Positions 1 to 7,315 of a stretch of 11,452 nt of DNA are shown here, piece by piece. A program made the position numbers and the translations under genes. The notes beneath the pieces were generated by a model. The model was given only the letters and a program-made list of their open reading frames with translations. It made no database searches and had not been told where the DNA came from. The DNA is from Candidatus Thorarchaeota archaeon (GTDB lineage Archaea; Asgardarchaeota; Thorarchaeia; Thorarchaeales; Thorarchaeaceae), in the NCBI GenBank assembly GCA_046758445.1, contig JBHIAE010000076.1:1-11452 (forward strand), written 5' to 3'. Each line of letters opens with the position of its first letter. Positions within the stretch are counted from its first letter, which is position 1.

Positions 1-2402
1 CCTCCTACCGACCCTACAATCACGCCTGACGCCATGCCACTTGCACTCTCAGCAGTAAGGGTCTTGGCAATCTCCGCTCTGGTCATTCCGAAGGCCGAGA
101 GCATCCCAATCTCTCTTCTTCGTGTTGATGCAATCGACCAGCTACTGAGAAATGCACTGGCCATGGTGGCGATGAACAATGCCACCAGAGATGCATCGAC
201 AACCAGTTGAATCGAATTGAGGGCAGCTAGGTAATCTGCCTCCACGGCTGACACAAGGACAGGATGAGCACCAGAGAAGGACTCCAGCTCCACGATCGAA
301 GATTCTGCATCTGTCGACTCAATCAGCATGCCGCCCACGATGAAGGTCTCGCCTCGCACAACTTCCCACGTTTCGATTCCCACAATTGAGAAGATGGGAT
401 TCACAACGGTGACAACAAAGACAGGAACCGAAGAGCTGCATACTCCCACGACGCGAACGTCTACAGCGAAACCGATGTCGATGAAGTCGCCCACATGCGC
501 GTTCAACGTACGCGCGGCTTGCTCCGAGATGATGCAAGTATTTGGTTCCTCAATGGACGACACGCCAAGTGTTCTGTTCTCGAGCTCAATTAGGCCAAGT
601 GATGCCAGTCTCTCAAACCCGTCCGAATCTACGCCCATGATCAGTCCGAACTCTGCGCCTGATGGACTACTCATATCGTCTAGACCCTGATTCATAGGTA
701 CGACCATGGTCACATTCTCTATGCTCTCAATGTCCTGCACTATGTCGATCGGGGCAGGAGGATCCATATACATCACGATATTGGCCGCAGTTGCTTCGCC
801 ACCGATGTTAGCCTTCCAAGACTCCGTAATGGCTACTCCCACGTTCGTGGATGCAAAGAACAGCACCGTCACCGCTGCGAAGAGATTGAAGACAACCAGA
901 CCACTGAGGGTGTTCCGCCGAATGTTCCTACGGGACAAGAATCGCACAATCTTGGAGGACCTTGCAACTATCGGCTTCACGATTCTTGTAGAATGAGCAA
1001 GTCTTGGAGACAGGACAACGATGACCAAAAGGAAGGCAGGAATGGAAGCTATTCTCAAGAAGTCCTCAGATACAATGTGGAAACTGAATAAGTCAGAAAG
1101 AGTCTGGACGACCACGAGTGCTGCCAGTACTCCGGCTACGATGCTAATCACAATGTGTATCCGCTTTCTGGTCATGACTGACATTGACTGCCTTGCGCCT
1201 GAAACAGGCATTGAACCAGAACCCAGGCTAGTCGCAACTGATTCACGAGTAGCCCTCCAAGCTGGTATGTATCCTGCGACGATTGTGAGTGCAATTCCAA
1301 TCAAACCTGCACCGATGAGGCTCCATAGGTCGGTAACGTAGAGTGTGTCCAAGAACCGAGATGACGGCGAGATTGCAGATATATTGAGAACGAGTAAGAT
1401 GAAGTCAAGGACGACAGCACCCAGGACAATCCCAATTATCCCTCCGATGACAGCGCCAATGATTCCTATCGCTCCTACCTCAGCCAATAGGAGAGAGAGA
1501 ACAGTCTGCCTAGACGCTCCAAAGGCCAAAACAACGCCGGTTTCATGTCTGCGCTCTCCAAAGACCACTGCAAAGGCAGAGAACACTCTGAATGTCGCTA
1601 TGAAGCATGTGGCGAAGACCAGAGCCAAGAGAATCGTCCGTGCCTGTGAAAGGAAGAGTGTGGCTCGGTCCAGGGGGTATATCTTCAGGTTCGTGAGCAC
1701 GTAGTCATCACCGAACATGTACTGGATTCGGTCAGCAACCATTGGTGTTGAAAAGACATCATCGACTTCAACTAGGAGCTTGCCTACAGAATTGGACGGG
1801 TATCTAAGGTGATAGATCTCCCAAGCCTTCTCTATTGATACAAAGATTACCGGGCCCGCGAGACCTTTATCTACAGCCAGCCCAACACCAGTGACGTTCA
1901 GGAATTGAAGTCCGGCTGTTGTGTAGAGTTCTATTTCATCACCAACACTTACATTGAGCAGAAACTTTGCCTCTCGTGTGAGAAAGCAGCCATTTTCCGA
2001 CAGATCCAGTAAACCTTCTGAGACATCGAGATGACCTACGTGATCCTCCAGTTCAAGATCGAGCCCAACAATGAAGAGGTAGATTCTATCTATTCCATTC
2101 TCTACCCAGACATATTCTTCGATGCGGGGGATCGTGTTCGAAACACTGGGAATTGATTCCACATCAGATTGCATGTCAGTAGTTATGCGAACTCCCCACT
2201 TTCCGCCATTTGAAACGACAATATCGATAGGAGATAATGTGTCCTGGAGGAAGATTTTCGCGTTGTTCTGAAGGCTTGCACTAGCTGACATGGCGGTATA
2301 GAGTAGGCTGACTGAGATTGCGATTGAGATGATTGTGAACAGCGCCACGCGCCTTCGGCGGAACGCATTCCGAAAGCCCATGCCGGCAATCTCTAGACTC
2401 AA
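1..2402 (-). CDS. ABC transporter permease, MacB/FtsX family with duplicated (extracytoplasmic domain + FtsX) architecture; 3'-partial, about 800 aa visible
   Basis: Manual minus-strand translation: TTG at 2402 (GAGGT 4 nt upstream) or ATG at 2381 gives (MSLEIAG)MGFRNAFRRRRVALFTIISIAISVSLL..., the typical 'RN..RR..R + TM' start. First FtsX motif ERRHETGVVLAFGASRQTVLSLLLAEVGAIGIIG (~1555-1450) followed by YIPAWRATR. Second repeat starts RRNIRRNTLSGLVVF (~930). Second FtsX motif RRREIGMLSAFGMTRAEIAKTLTAES (~125-45). No stop seen before the window edge. Confidence 0.93.
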   Translation of the reverse strand, partial: MSLEIAGMGFRNAFRRRRVALFTIISIAISVSLLYTAMSASASLQNNAKIFLQDTLSPIDIVVSNGGKWGVRITTDMQSDVESIPSVSNTIPRIEEYVWVENGIDRIYLFIVGLDLELEDHVGHLDVSEGLLDLSENGCFLTREAKFLLNVSVGDEIELYTTAGLQFLNVTGVGLAVDKGLAGPVIFVSIEKAWEIYHLRYPSNSVGKLLVEVDDVFSTPMVADRIQYMFGDDYVLTNLKIYPLDRATLFLSQARTILLALVFATCFIATFRVFSAFAVVFGERRHETGVVLAFGASRQTVLSLLLAEVGAIGIIGAVIGGIIGIVLGAVVLDFILLVLNISAISPSSRFLDTLYVTDLWSLIGAGLIGIALTIVAGYIPAWRATRESVATSLGSGSMPVSGARQSMSVMTRKRIHIVISIVAGVLAALVVVQTLSDLFSFHIVSEDFLRIASIPAFLLVIVVLSPRLAHSTRIVKPIVARSSKIVRFLSRRNIRRNTLSGLVVFNLFAAVTVLFFASTNVGVAITESWKANIGGEATAANIVMYMDPPAPIDIVQDIESIENVTMVVPMNQGLDDMSSPSGAEFGLIMGVDSDGFERLASLGLIELENRTLGVSSIEEPNTCIISEQAARTLNAHVGDFIDIGFAVDVRVVGVCSSSVPVFVVTVVNPIFSIVGIETWEVVRGETFIVGGMLIESTDAESSIVELESFSGAHPVLVSAVEADYLAALNSIQLVVDASLVALFIATMASAFLSSWSIASTRRREIGMLSAFGMTRAEIAKTLTAESASGMASGVIVGSVG

Positions 2403-2472
2403 TCGGACCTCGACTCCAGCCCTTAGGAGGCAAAAGTGTGAACTACAAAGATGACTCCAACCATCCAAACGA

Positions 2473-2490
2473 GGTTAAAGCATTTTTCGG
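2473..2490 (-). promoter_or_regulatory. Putative archaeal BRE + TATA promoter of the ABC permease
   Basis: Minus strand reads CCGAAAAATG-CTTTAACC, a purine-rich BRE-like element directly followed by a TTTAA box, about 70 bp upstream of the TTG start. Confidence 0.45.
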
Positions 2491-2557
2491 ACAGCCTAGC
2501 GGGGATTCCGTGGCAATTCCCTTTGCCCCCACATCATCATGCTTGGACCATCTACTC

Positions 2558-2581
2558 AAAGAATAAATGGTGTAACGCCAT
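2558..2581 (+). promoter_or_regulatory. Possible promoter (AAAGAATAAAT) and adjoining imperfect inverted repeat ATGGTG-TAA-CGCCAT upstream of the DUF4139 operon
   Basis: AT-rich box about 35 bp before the probable TTG start at 2602; palindrome at 2567-2581. Confidence 0.3.
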
Positions 2582-2601
2582 CTGGTGGCCGGGAGAACAT
2601 C

Positions 2602-4191
2602 TTGACAGTCATGGATACTAGGATAGAAGACGTCACAGTCTTCAGGGATGGCGCCCGAGTGACCCGAAAGGGAAGGGTAACGCTTTCTCCTGGACCTCAC
2701 AAGGTCTTCATAACCGGAATCACAGACTCTGCTCAGGAAGACAGCTTCAGAGTGAAAGGGAAGGGCAAAGCGACTCTGTCAGCCATAGATGTAAGAAGAA
2801 GACAAGAAGTATTCGAGCCGGAAGAAGACTCGAAGCCATTGCATGATGAACTCAAGAACCTCGAACGTGAGAGAAAGAGGATCTCAGACGAGATAGAAAC
2901 ATACTCTCAAAGGCTTGGCAATCTCGAAGGCATGATTGTGGACTTTTCAGGGACATTTGGTATGCTTTATGCGGCAGATGAGGCAGACATAGAGCGGCTT
3001 AGTGAGATGGATGAAAAGAGTGGGAAACTTCGAGAAGATACGAAGAAGAAGCTGCGAGCCCTCGAAGAGAAACTGCAGAAGATTGATGACGAGATTCAGA
3101 TCGTGCGCAGCAGAATCGGCGCCTTAGCCTCCAAGAGGAGGATAGAAACCTTCTATGACCTAGAGATTAGCATTGAGACCCAGAAGGAGAGCAAGGTCGA
3201 GCTCGAAGTCACCTATCAGGCGGACGGGGCAGGTTGGAACCCATCATATGACCTTGACTTGCATCCCGCAAAGGCGAAGGTACGAAAAATCGCAATGATA
3301 GGCAACCACACAAGTGAGAGTTGGCATGAAGTCAATCTAACGGTGTCTACGGCAACGGCCAGACCAGTGGAGGCAGTGGAAGGCACTCCCTTCATCATCA
3401 GCGCTTATGATCCAGAGATGATGAAGAGGAAGAGAACGGAAAGGGCGGCGAGTATGCGCAGGGCGAAGATGGACAAACGGCCAGCCTCCAAATCTGTGGC
3501 CGCCCTTGCGGCTCCACCTCCTCCGGCACCTCCGCCTGAGATTGTGGAAGAGTTTGCGGAAGCCACAGAGGCAGCATCAGGGATATCCGTCTACGAATTG
3601 CCAAAGACTGTTACGATTCCTTTCGATGGCGACCGACACCCAGTCACTTTAATGGAAGAAGAGTTCGACTCGGATACCATCCACTATTGGTACGCAGATG
3701 GGATGGCAGAGGTCGTGGCACAGGACGAGATCACCAATGGGGACACTGTCCTGCTCCCGGGCAAAGCGAAGGTCTACGCCGAGGGCGACTACATCGGAGA
3801 ATCAAGCATTGCCTTCATCAGCCCAAGGGAGAAGTTCAAGCTTGGTACTCGTGTTGCTTACGATGTCAAGGCCTCCAAGAAGTTGATCGAACGTGAAGTA
3901 GAGAAGGCCGGCATTACGAGAGCCAAACTGAGGAGAGAATACAAGTACCAACTCAAGATTGAGAGCTTTTCCAAGCAACCTGTGAAAATGCAGGTATTTG
4001 ACAGGATCCCCCATAGCCTCACGACGTCGATAGAGGTAAAGACTGACTGGGAGAAGCTGAATGCGAAGAAGCATGAGCTTGGCGTGATAGAATGGCTACT
4101 CAACATTGAGCCCAAGCAGAAGAAGGAGATAGACTACGACTATGTAGTGGAGTGGGACCGAGACATTGTGATCAATCCCCCGCTCCCCTGA
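2602..4191 (+). CDS. DUF4140/DUF4139 domain protein (mucoidy inhibitor MuiA-like family), paralog 1
   Basis: N-terminal 'IEDVTVFRDGARVTR..DSFRV' (DUF4140-like), long heptad coiled coil, then 'LEVTY...AGWNPSYDL...IGNHTSESWHEVNLTVSTA.P' and C-terminal 'LLPGKAKVY..G.YIG..FKLG..DRIP.S....IEV..GVIEW' (DUF4139-like). Start moved from 2539 to TTG 2602 (GGGAGA 5 nt upstream; aligns with paralog 2 N-terminus); ATG 2611 is an alternative. Confidence 0.88.
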   Translation: MTVMDTRIEDVTVFRDGARVTRKGRVTLSPGPHKVFITGITDSAQEDSFRVKGKGKATLSAIDVRRRQEVFEPEEDSKPLHDELKNLERERKRISDEIETYSQRLGNLEGMIVDFSGTFGMLYAADEADIERLSEMDEKSGKLREDTKKKLRALEEKLQKIDDEIQIVRSRIGALASKRRIETFYDLEISIETQKESKVELEVTYQADGAGWNPSYDLDLHPAKAKVRKIAMIGNHTSESWHEVNLTVSTATARPVEAVEGTPFIISAYDPEMMKRKRTERAASMRRAKMDKRPASKSVAALAAPPPPAPPPEIVEEFAEATEAASGISVYELPKTVTIPFDGDRHPVTLMEEEFDSDTIHYWYADGMAEVVAQDEITNGDTVLLPGKAKVYAEGDYIGESSIAFISPREKFKLGTRVAYDVKASKKLIEREVEKAGITRAKLRREYKYQLKIESFSKQPVKMQVFDRIPHSLTTSIEVKTDWEKLNAKKHELGVIEWLLNIEPKQKKEIDYDYVVEWDRDIVINPPLP

Positions 4192-4198
4192 GGAGGTG
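4192..4198 (+). promoter_or_regulatory. Ribosome-binding site GGAGGTG for paralog 2
   Basis: Strong Shine-Dalgarno directly after the paralog 1 TGA and 5 nt before ATG 4204, consistent with co-transcription and translational coupling. Confidence 0.8.
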
Positions 4199-4203
4199 CT
4201 GAG

Positions 4204-5799
4204 ATGGGAAAGAAGATTGAAACAGAGATAACTGATGTGACGGTATTCCGTGATGGTGCAAGAGTAGTCCGTTCTGGGAAGAAGCAACTTGTCCCTGGCG
4301 AACACGTCCTCGAAGTCGGGGGCATCTCCAACCTTGCCCAGAGTGACAGCTTCAGGGTGAAAGGAAGAGGAGCAGCTGTTCTGAAGGGGATTGACGTCAA
4401 AAGCAAGACTGAAACCTTCGAGCCCGAGGGTGACATCGCCTCGCTTAGGGAGAAGCTGCTCGGATTTGAGAGAGAACGCAAGCGAATCTCTGATAGCATC
4501 GAACATCAAGAGTCACGGTTTCGATATTTCACCTCCATAACTGAGCAATTCTCAGCAGAGTTTGGCAAATGGTACGCTGCCGGGGAGTCAACTCTAGAGA
4601 ATCTGGACAAAATGGACAAAGCGTCAATCAAGCAACTCAATGACGTTAGGAAGAAGCTGAGGGTCTTGAGAGAGGAGCTGGATGAGATTGATGTCAAGAT
4701 CCAGGTAGTTCAAGCGAATATCAACAGGGTTCAAGGTCAGCGGAGAACTGTGACCAGCAAGGAAGTCCGAGTTACACTTGACGTGAAAGAGAACTCACTC
4801 ATTGATCTCGAGGTCACGTACCAGCTTGGGGGTGCAGGTTGGTCTCCCACCTACGATGTGGACATCGGGGATGACAAGTCCGGAGTCAAAAGGACAGCAA
4901 TGGTATACAACCGAACTCTGGAAAACTGGAATGACGTAGGATTGACTGTATCAACCGCATCTTCCAGGAGAGCGGCAGCCGTCGAAGCGACACCCTTCTA
5001 TGTAGATGCTCTATCGCCCATGGCTGGCTACGGAGGGCGCATTGATGATATCGAAGCGACAGTCTCAGAAACAGGAGAGTACTATGCCGAGGACGAGACC
5101 GTGGACTACCTGAAAGAAGAAGAGATTGTTTACGAGCTCGAACCAGAGATTGAAGAAACTCTTGCCACTGCAACGGAAACCTTGAGCGGCACGATGACCT
5201 ACGAGGTTCCTGGAAGAGTTTCAATTCCGACAGGCGATGAACCGCAGCCCATAACGTTGACCGAAGAAGCATTCGACTCCAAACGACTCTATTACTGGAA
5301 TGCTTACGCTATGCCGGAGGTTGTCGCACAGGACGAGATTACCAACGCCGACTCAGTGATGCTTCCTGGCAACGTCAGGGTGTACGCTGAGGGCGATTTT
5401 CTGGGAGAAACAAGAGTCGGTTTCATAGCCCCCAGAGAAACCTTCAGACTCGGGACAAGGACGGCCTATGACGTTAAGGCAGAGAAAAAGCTAGCCGTAA
5501 AAGACATCGAGAAGGCAGGCTTCACTCGAGGAAGACGAAGAAGGGGCTACGAATATCGACTTGAGATCAAGAGTTTTTCCAAGAAGCCCATAGAGATGCG
5601 AATAGTCGACCGAATCCCACATAGCAACTCCGAGAAGATACAGGTTGAGCTCAAACCTATGCGTATTGCTCCTAAGAAGAGTGAGCTAGGTGTGCTGGAG
5701 TGGGAGATAACGGTTGACGCGGAGCAGGAGCTTGAAATCGGGTATGCATTCGAGGTTGAATGGGAAAAGGATGTCCATATCCAACCACCCCTTCCTTGA
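4204..5799 (+). CDS. DUF4140/DUF4139 domain protein (MuiA-like family), paralog 2
   Basis: 531 aa ORF co-linear with paralog 1 (DVTVFRDGARV, DSFRVKG, LEVTYQ..GAGW.P.YD.D, EVVAQDEITN.D.V.LPG, DRIPHS, terminal PPLP). Confidence 0.9.
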   Translation: MGKKIETEITDVTVFRDGARVVRSGKKQLVPGEHVLEVGGISNLAQSDSFRVKGRGAAVLKGIDVKSKTETFEPEGDIASLREKLLGFERERKRISDSIEHQESRFRYFTSITEQFSAEFGKWYAAGESTLENLDKMDKASIKQLNDVRKKLRVLREELDEIDVKIQVVQANINRVQGQRRTVTSKEVRVTLDVKENSLIDLEVTYQLGGAGWSPTYDVDIGDDKSGVKRTAMVYNRTLENWNDVGLTVSTASSRRAAAVEATPFYVDALSPMAGYGGRIDDIEATVSETGEYYAEDETVDYLKEEEIVYELEPEIEETLATATETLSGTMTYEVPGRVSIPTGDEPQPITLTEEAFDSKRLYYWNAYAMPEVVAQDEITNADSVMLPGNVRVYAEGDFLGETRVGFIAPRETFRLGTRTAYDVKAEKKLAVKDIEKAGFTRGRRRRGYEYRLEIKSFSKKPIEMRIVDRIPHSNSEKIQVELKPMRIAPKKSELGVLEWEITVDAEQELEIGYAFEVEWEKDVHIQPPLP

Positions 5800-5801
5800 G
5801 T

Positions 5802-5847
5802 CCCAATGACTTACGCAAGTCGGGGCCCAACAACGTGTAAAGAGAAG
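5802..5847. terminator. Possible terminator region between convergent genes
   Basis: Hairpin GACTT-ACGC-AAGTC (5808-5821) flanked by CCC/GGG; pyrimidine tract CTTCTCTTT on the minus strand immediately after the M20 stop, typical of archaeal terminators. Confidence 0.35.
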
Positions 5848-7197
5848 CTACCAGTGACCCATCTCATGCATAACCAGTGCGATCCGCTTCGTGCCTTTCT
5901 GGAAGTTGTCCAGCTTTATACTTTCATTAGGAGAGTGGCCTCTTGATTTCACATCACCTACTCCTATCGACACCATTGGCACATGGTCTTTGAACAGGTA
6001 CAGAGGCCCAGAGCCTGCAGTAGTTGGGTGTATGCGAAGATCTCCGAACACCCTCGCGTTTGCTCTCTTCACGACATCCACGAACGGATGATCCACCGGA
6101 GTCTTAGCCGCAGGGTAGCCTTCGTACCAAGCAATCTTGACATCAGCAAAGCCCTGGCTGTTAAAGTGCTTGCGCAGCTTCTGCAAGATGTCTTCAGGAT
6201 CCATATTCTCTACGAGCCTGAACTCTATCTTAGCTGATGCTTTTCCTGGGAGAACTGTCATTGACCCCTCTCCCTGATAGCCACTCGTAAGACCACAGAT
6301 GGAGTTGCTAGGAGCTCCATAGACGATCTCCTTAAGGTCTCGTCCGGAAAGACCATTGAGAAACTCCGATATTCCGTATTCTCTCTTCATGTCTTCCTCA
6401 TGTAGGTCTATCTTGTCAATCGCTTTCCACTCTGTGTCTGATAGCGGTTTTACCCCATCATAGAACCCATCGATGAGAATCCGATGGTTTGAGTCCTTCA
6501 ATGAGTTCAATGCTGCGACAAGCTTGAGGGGTGCTGACGGGAGATATCCACCAGCACTCGAATGGACATTGCGAGTGAGACTCTCCACCTCCAGCTGGAC
6601 ATAGAGTATTCCCTTCAGCCCGAGCCATGCCTGTTGGACGCCATCGTAGCCTTCCCCGCCGAACTCCCATATCCCACCTTCTGCACTCATAAACTCCTTG
6701 TGATTGCTGGTGAATTCTGGTAGGTGAACGCTTCCAATCTCCTCCTCGCCTTCAACTACGAACTTGATGTTCACTGGAATCTCGGTTCCGGTTTCTAAGA
6801 AAGCTCTGACTGCCGAAATTCGAGAAACAAGATCCCCCTTGTTATCAGATACCCCCCTTCCGTAGAGGCGTCCATCGCGTGACTCTGGCTCAAAAGGAAG
6901 GCTGTCCCACAACTCCAAAGGCTCAGCGGGCTGCACATCGTAGTGATTATAGAACATGAGAGTCTTGGAAGCTCCTACGTCAAGGTGTCCAGTCACGACT
7001 GGCGCGCCTGATGTATTATGAAGCTCAGTTTCGATGCCAATCGCTTCAAGCATTTCTAGAAGCATCCCTGAGCACTCCTCTATCCCCTCGTTCTTAGCCG
7101 CAATGGAGGGGATGCTTGCGATTCTCTTCAAGTCATCTAGGGCGCGTTCAGCATTCTTGTCGAGATAACTCGTGACTTCCTCAATCATCCGAATCAA
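5848..7197 (-). CDS. M20/M25/M40 family metallopeptidase (ArgE/DapE-like dipeptidase)
   Basis: Motifs YNHYDVQP, LYGRGVSDNKG, VEGEEEIGS, GLKGI, VHSS, TVLPGKA, HSPNESI provide the metal ligands and catalytic Glu. Start is TTG 7197 or ATG 7188. Confidence 0.93.
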   Translation of the reverse strand: MIRMIEEVTSYLDKNAERALDDLKRIASIPSIAAKNEGIEECSGMLLEMLEAIGIETELHNTSGAPVVTGHLDVGASKTLMFYNHYDVQPAEPLELWDSLPFEPESRDGRLYGRGVSDNKGDLVSRISAVRAFLETGTEIPVNIKFVVEGEEEIGSVHLPEFTSNHKEFMSAEGGIWEFGGEGYDGVQQAWLGLKGILYVQLEVESLTRNVHSSAGGYLPSAPLKLVAALNSLKDSNHRILIDGFYDGVKPLSDTEWKAIDKIDLHEEDMKREYGISEFLNGLSGRDLKEIVYGAPSNSICGLTSGYQGEGSMTVLPGKASAKIEFRLVENMDPEDILQKLRKHFNSQGFADVKIAWYEGYPAAKTPVDHPFVDVVKRANARVFGDLRIHPTTAGSGPLYLFKDHVPMVSIGVGDVKSRGHSPNESIKLDNFQKGTKRIALVMHEMGHW

Positions 7198-7221
7198 CTT
7201 ATTGGGGCTAGCTCATCCCAA

Positions 7222-7264
7222 TGATATATACTCTCATCACTTGTGGCATACGCAACAAATATAG
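7222..7264. promoter_or_regulatory. Divergent TATA-like boxes for the M20 peptidase (ATATATAC ~7224-7231) and gap (AAATATAG ~7257-7264)
   Basis: AT-rich boxes in the 118 bp divergent intergenic region at archaeal-type spacing; gap also has an AGGTG RBS at 7304-7308. Confidence 0.45.
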
Positions 7265-7315
7265 CGGAGCATCGAGCCGTCCTCGCCGAAGGACAACCAT
7301 AGCAGGTGTATTGTC

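Noticed and set aside
328-1704. Chain of same-frame plus-strand ORFs (328-690, 706-996, 1021-1341, 1345-1704) resembling an operon or a stop-readthrough gene
   Set aside because: They are antisense shadows of the minus-strand permease. Their Met/Thr/Pro/Ile-rich composition is what the reverse of hydrophobic codons produces, and they have no recognisable motifs.
2340-2430. GC-rich stretch with short hairpins (CTTCGG, CGAAAG) suggestive of a tRNA or ncRNA
   Set aside because: It is mostly the 5' coding region and RBS of the permease (MGFRNAFRRRR) and forms no cloverleaf or T-loop consensus.
2539-2601. N-terminal extension of DUF4139 paralog 1 from ATG 2539
   Set aside because: It has no counterpart in paralog 2 and overlaps the putative promoter; TTG 2602 or ATG 2611 fits better.
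2840-3130. Helical hairpin resembling ESCRT-III/PspA, prefoldin or SMC coiled coils
   Set aside because: A generic heptad pattern lying within the normal DUF4140-DUF4139 architecture; no family-specific motif supports those assignments.
2626-4370. Nucleotide-level direct repeats (e.g. GACAGCTTCAG.GTGAAAGG at ~2740 and ~4345)
   Set aside because: Explained by paralogy of the two DUF4139 genes; not a mobile element or CRISPR array.
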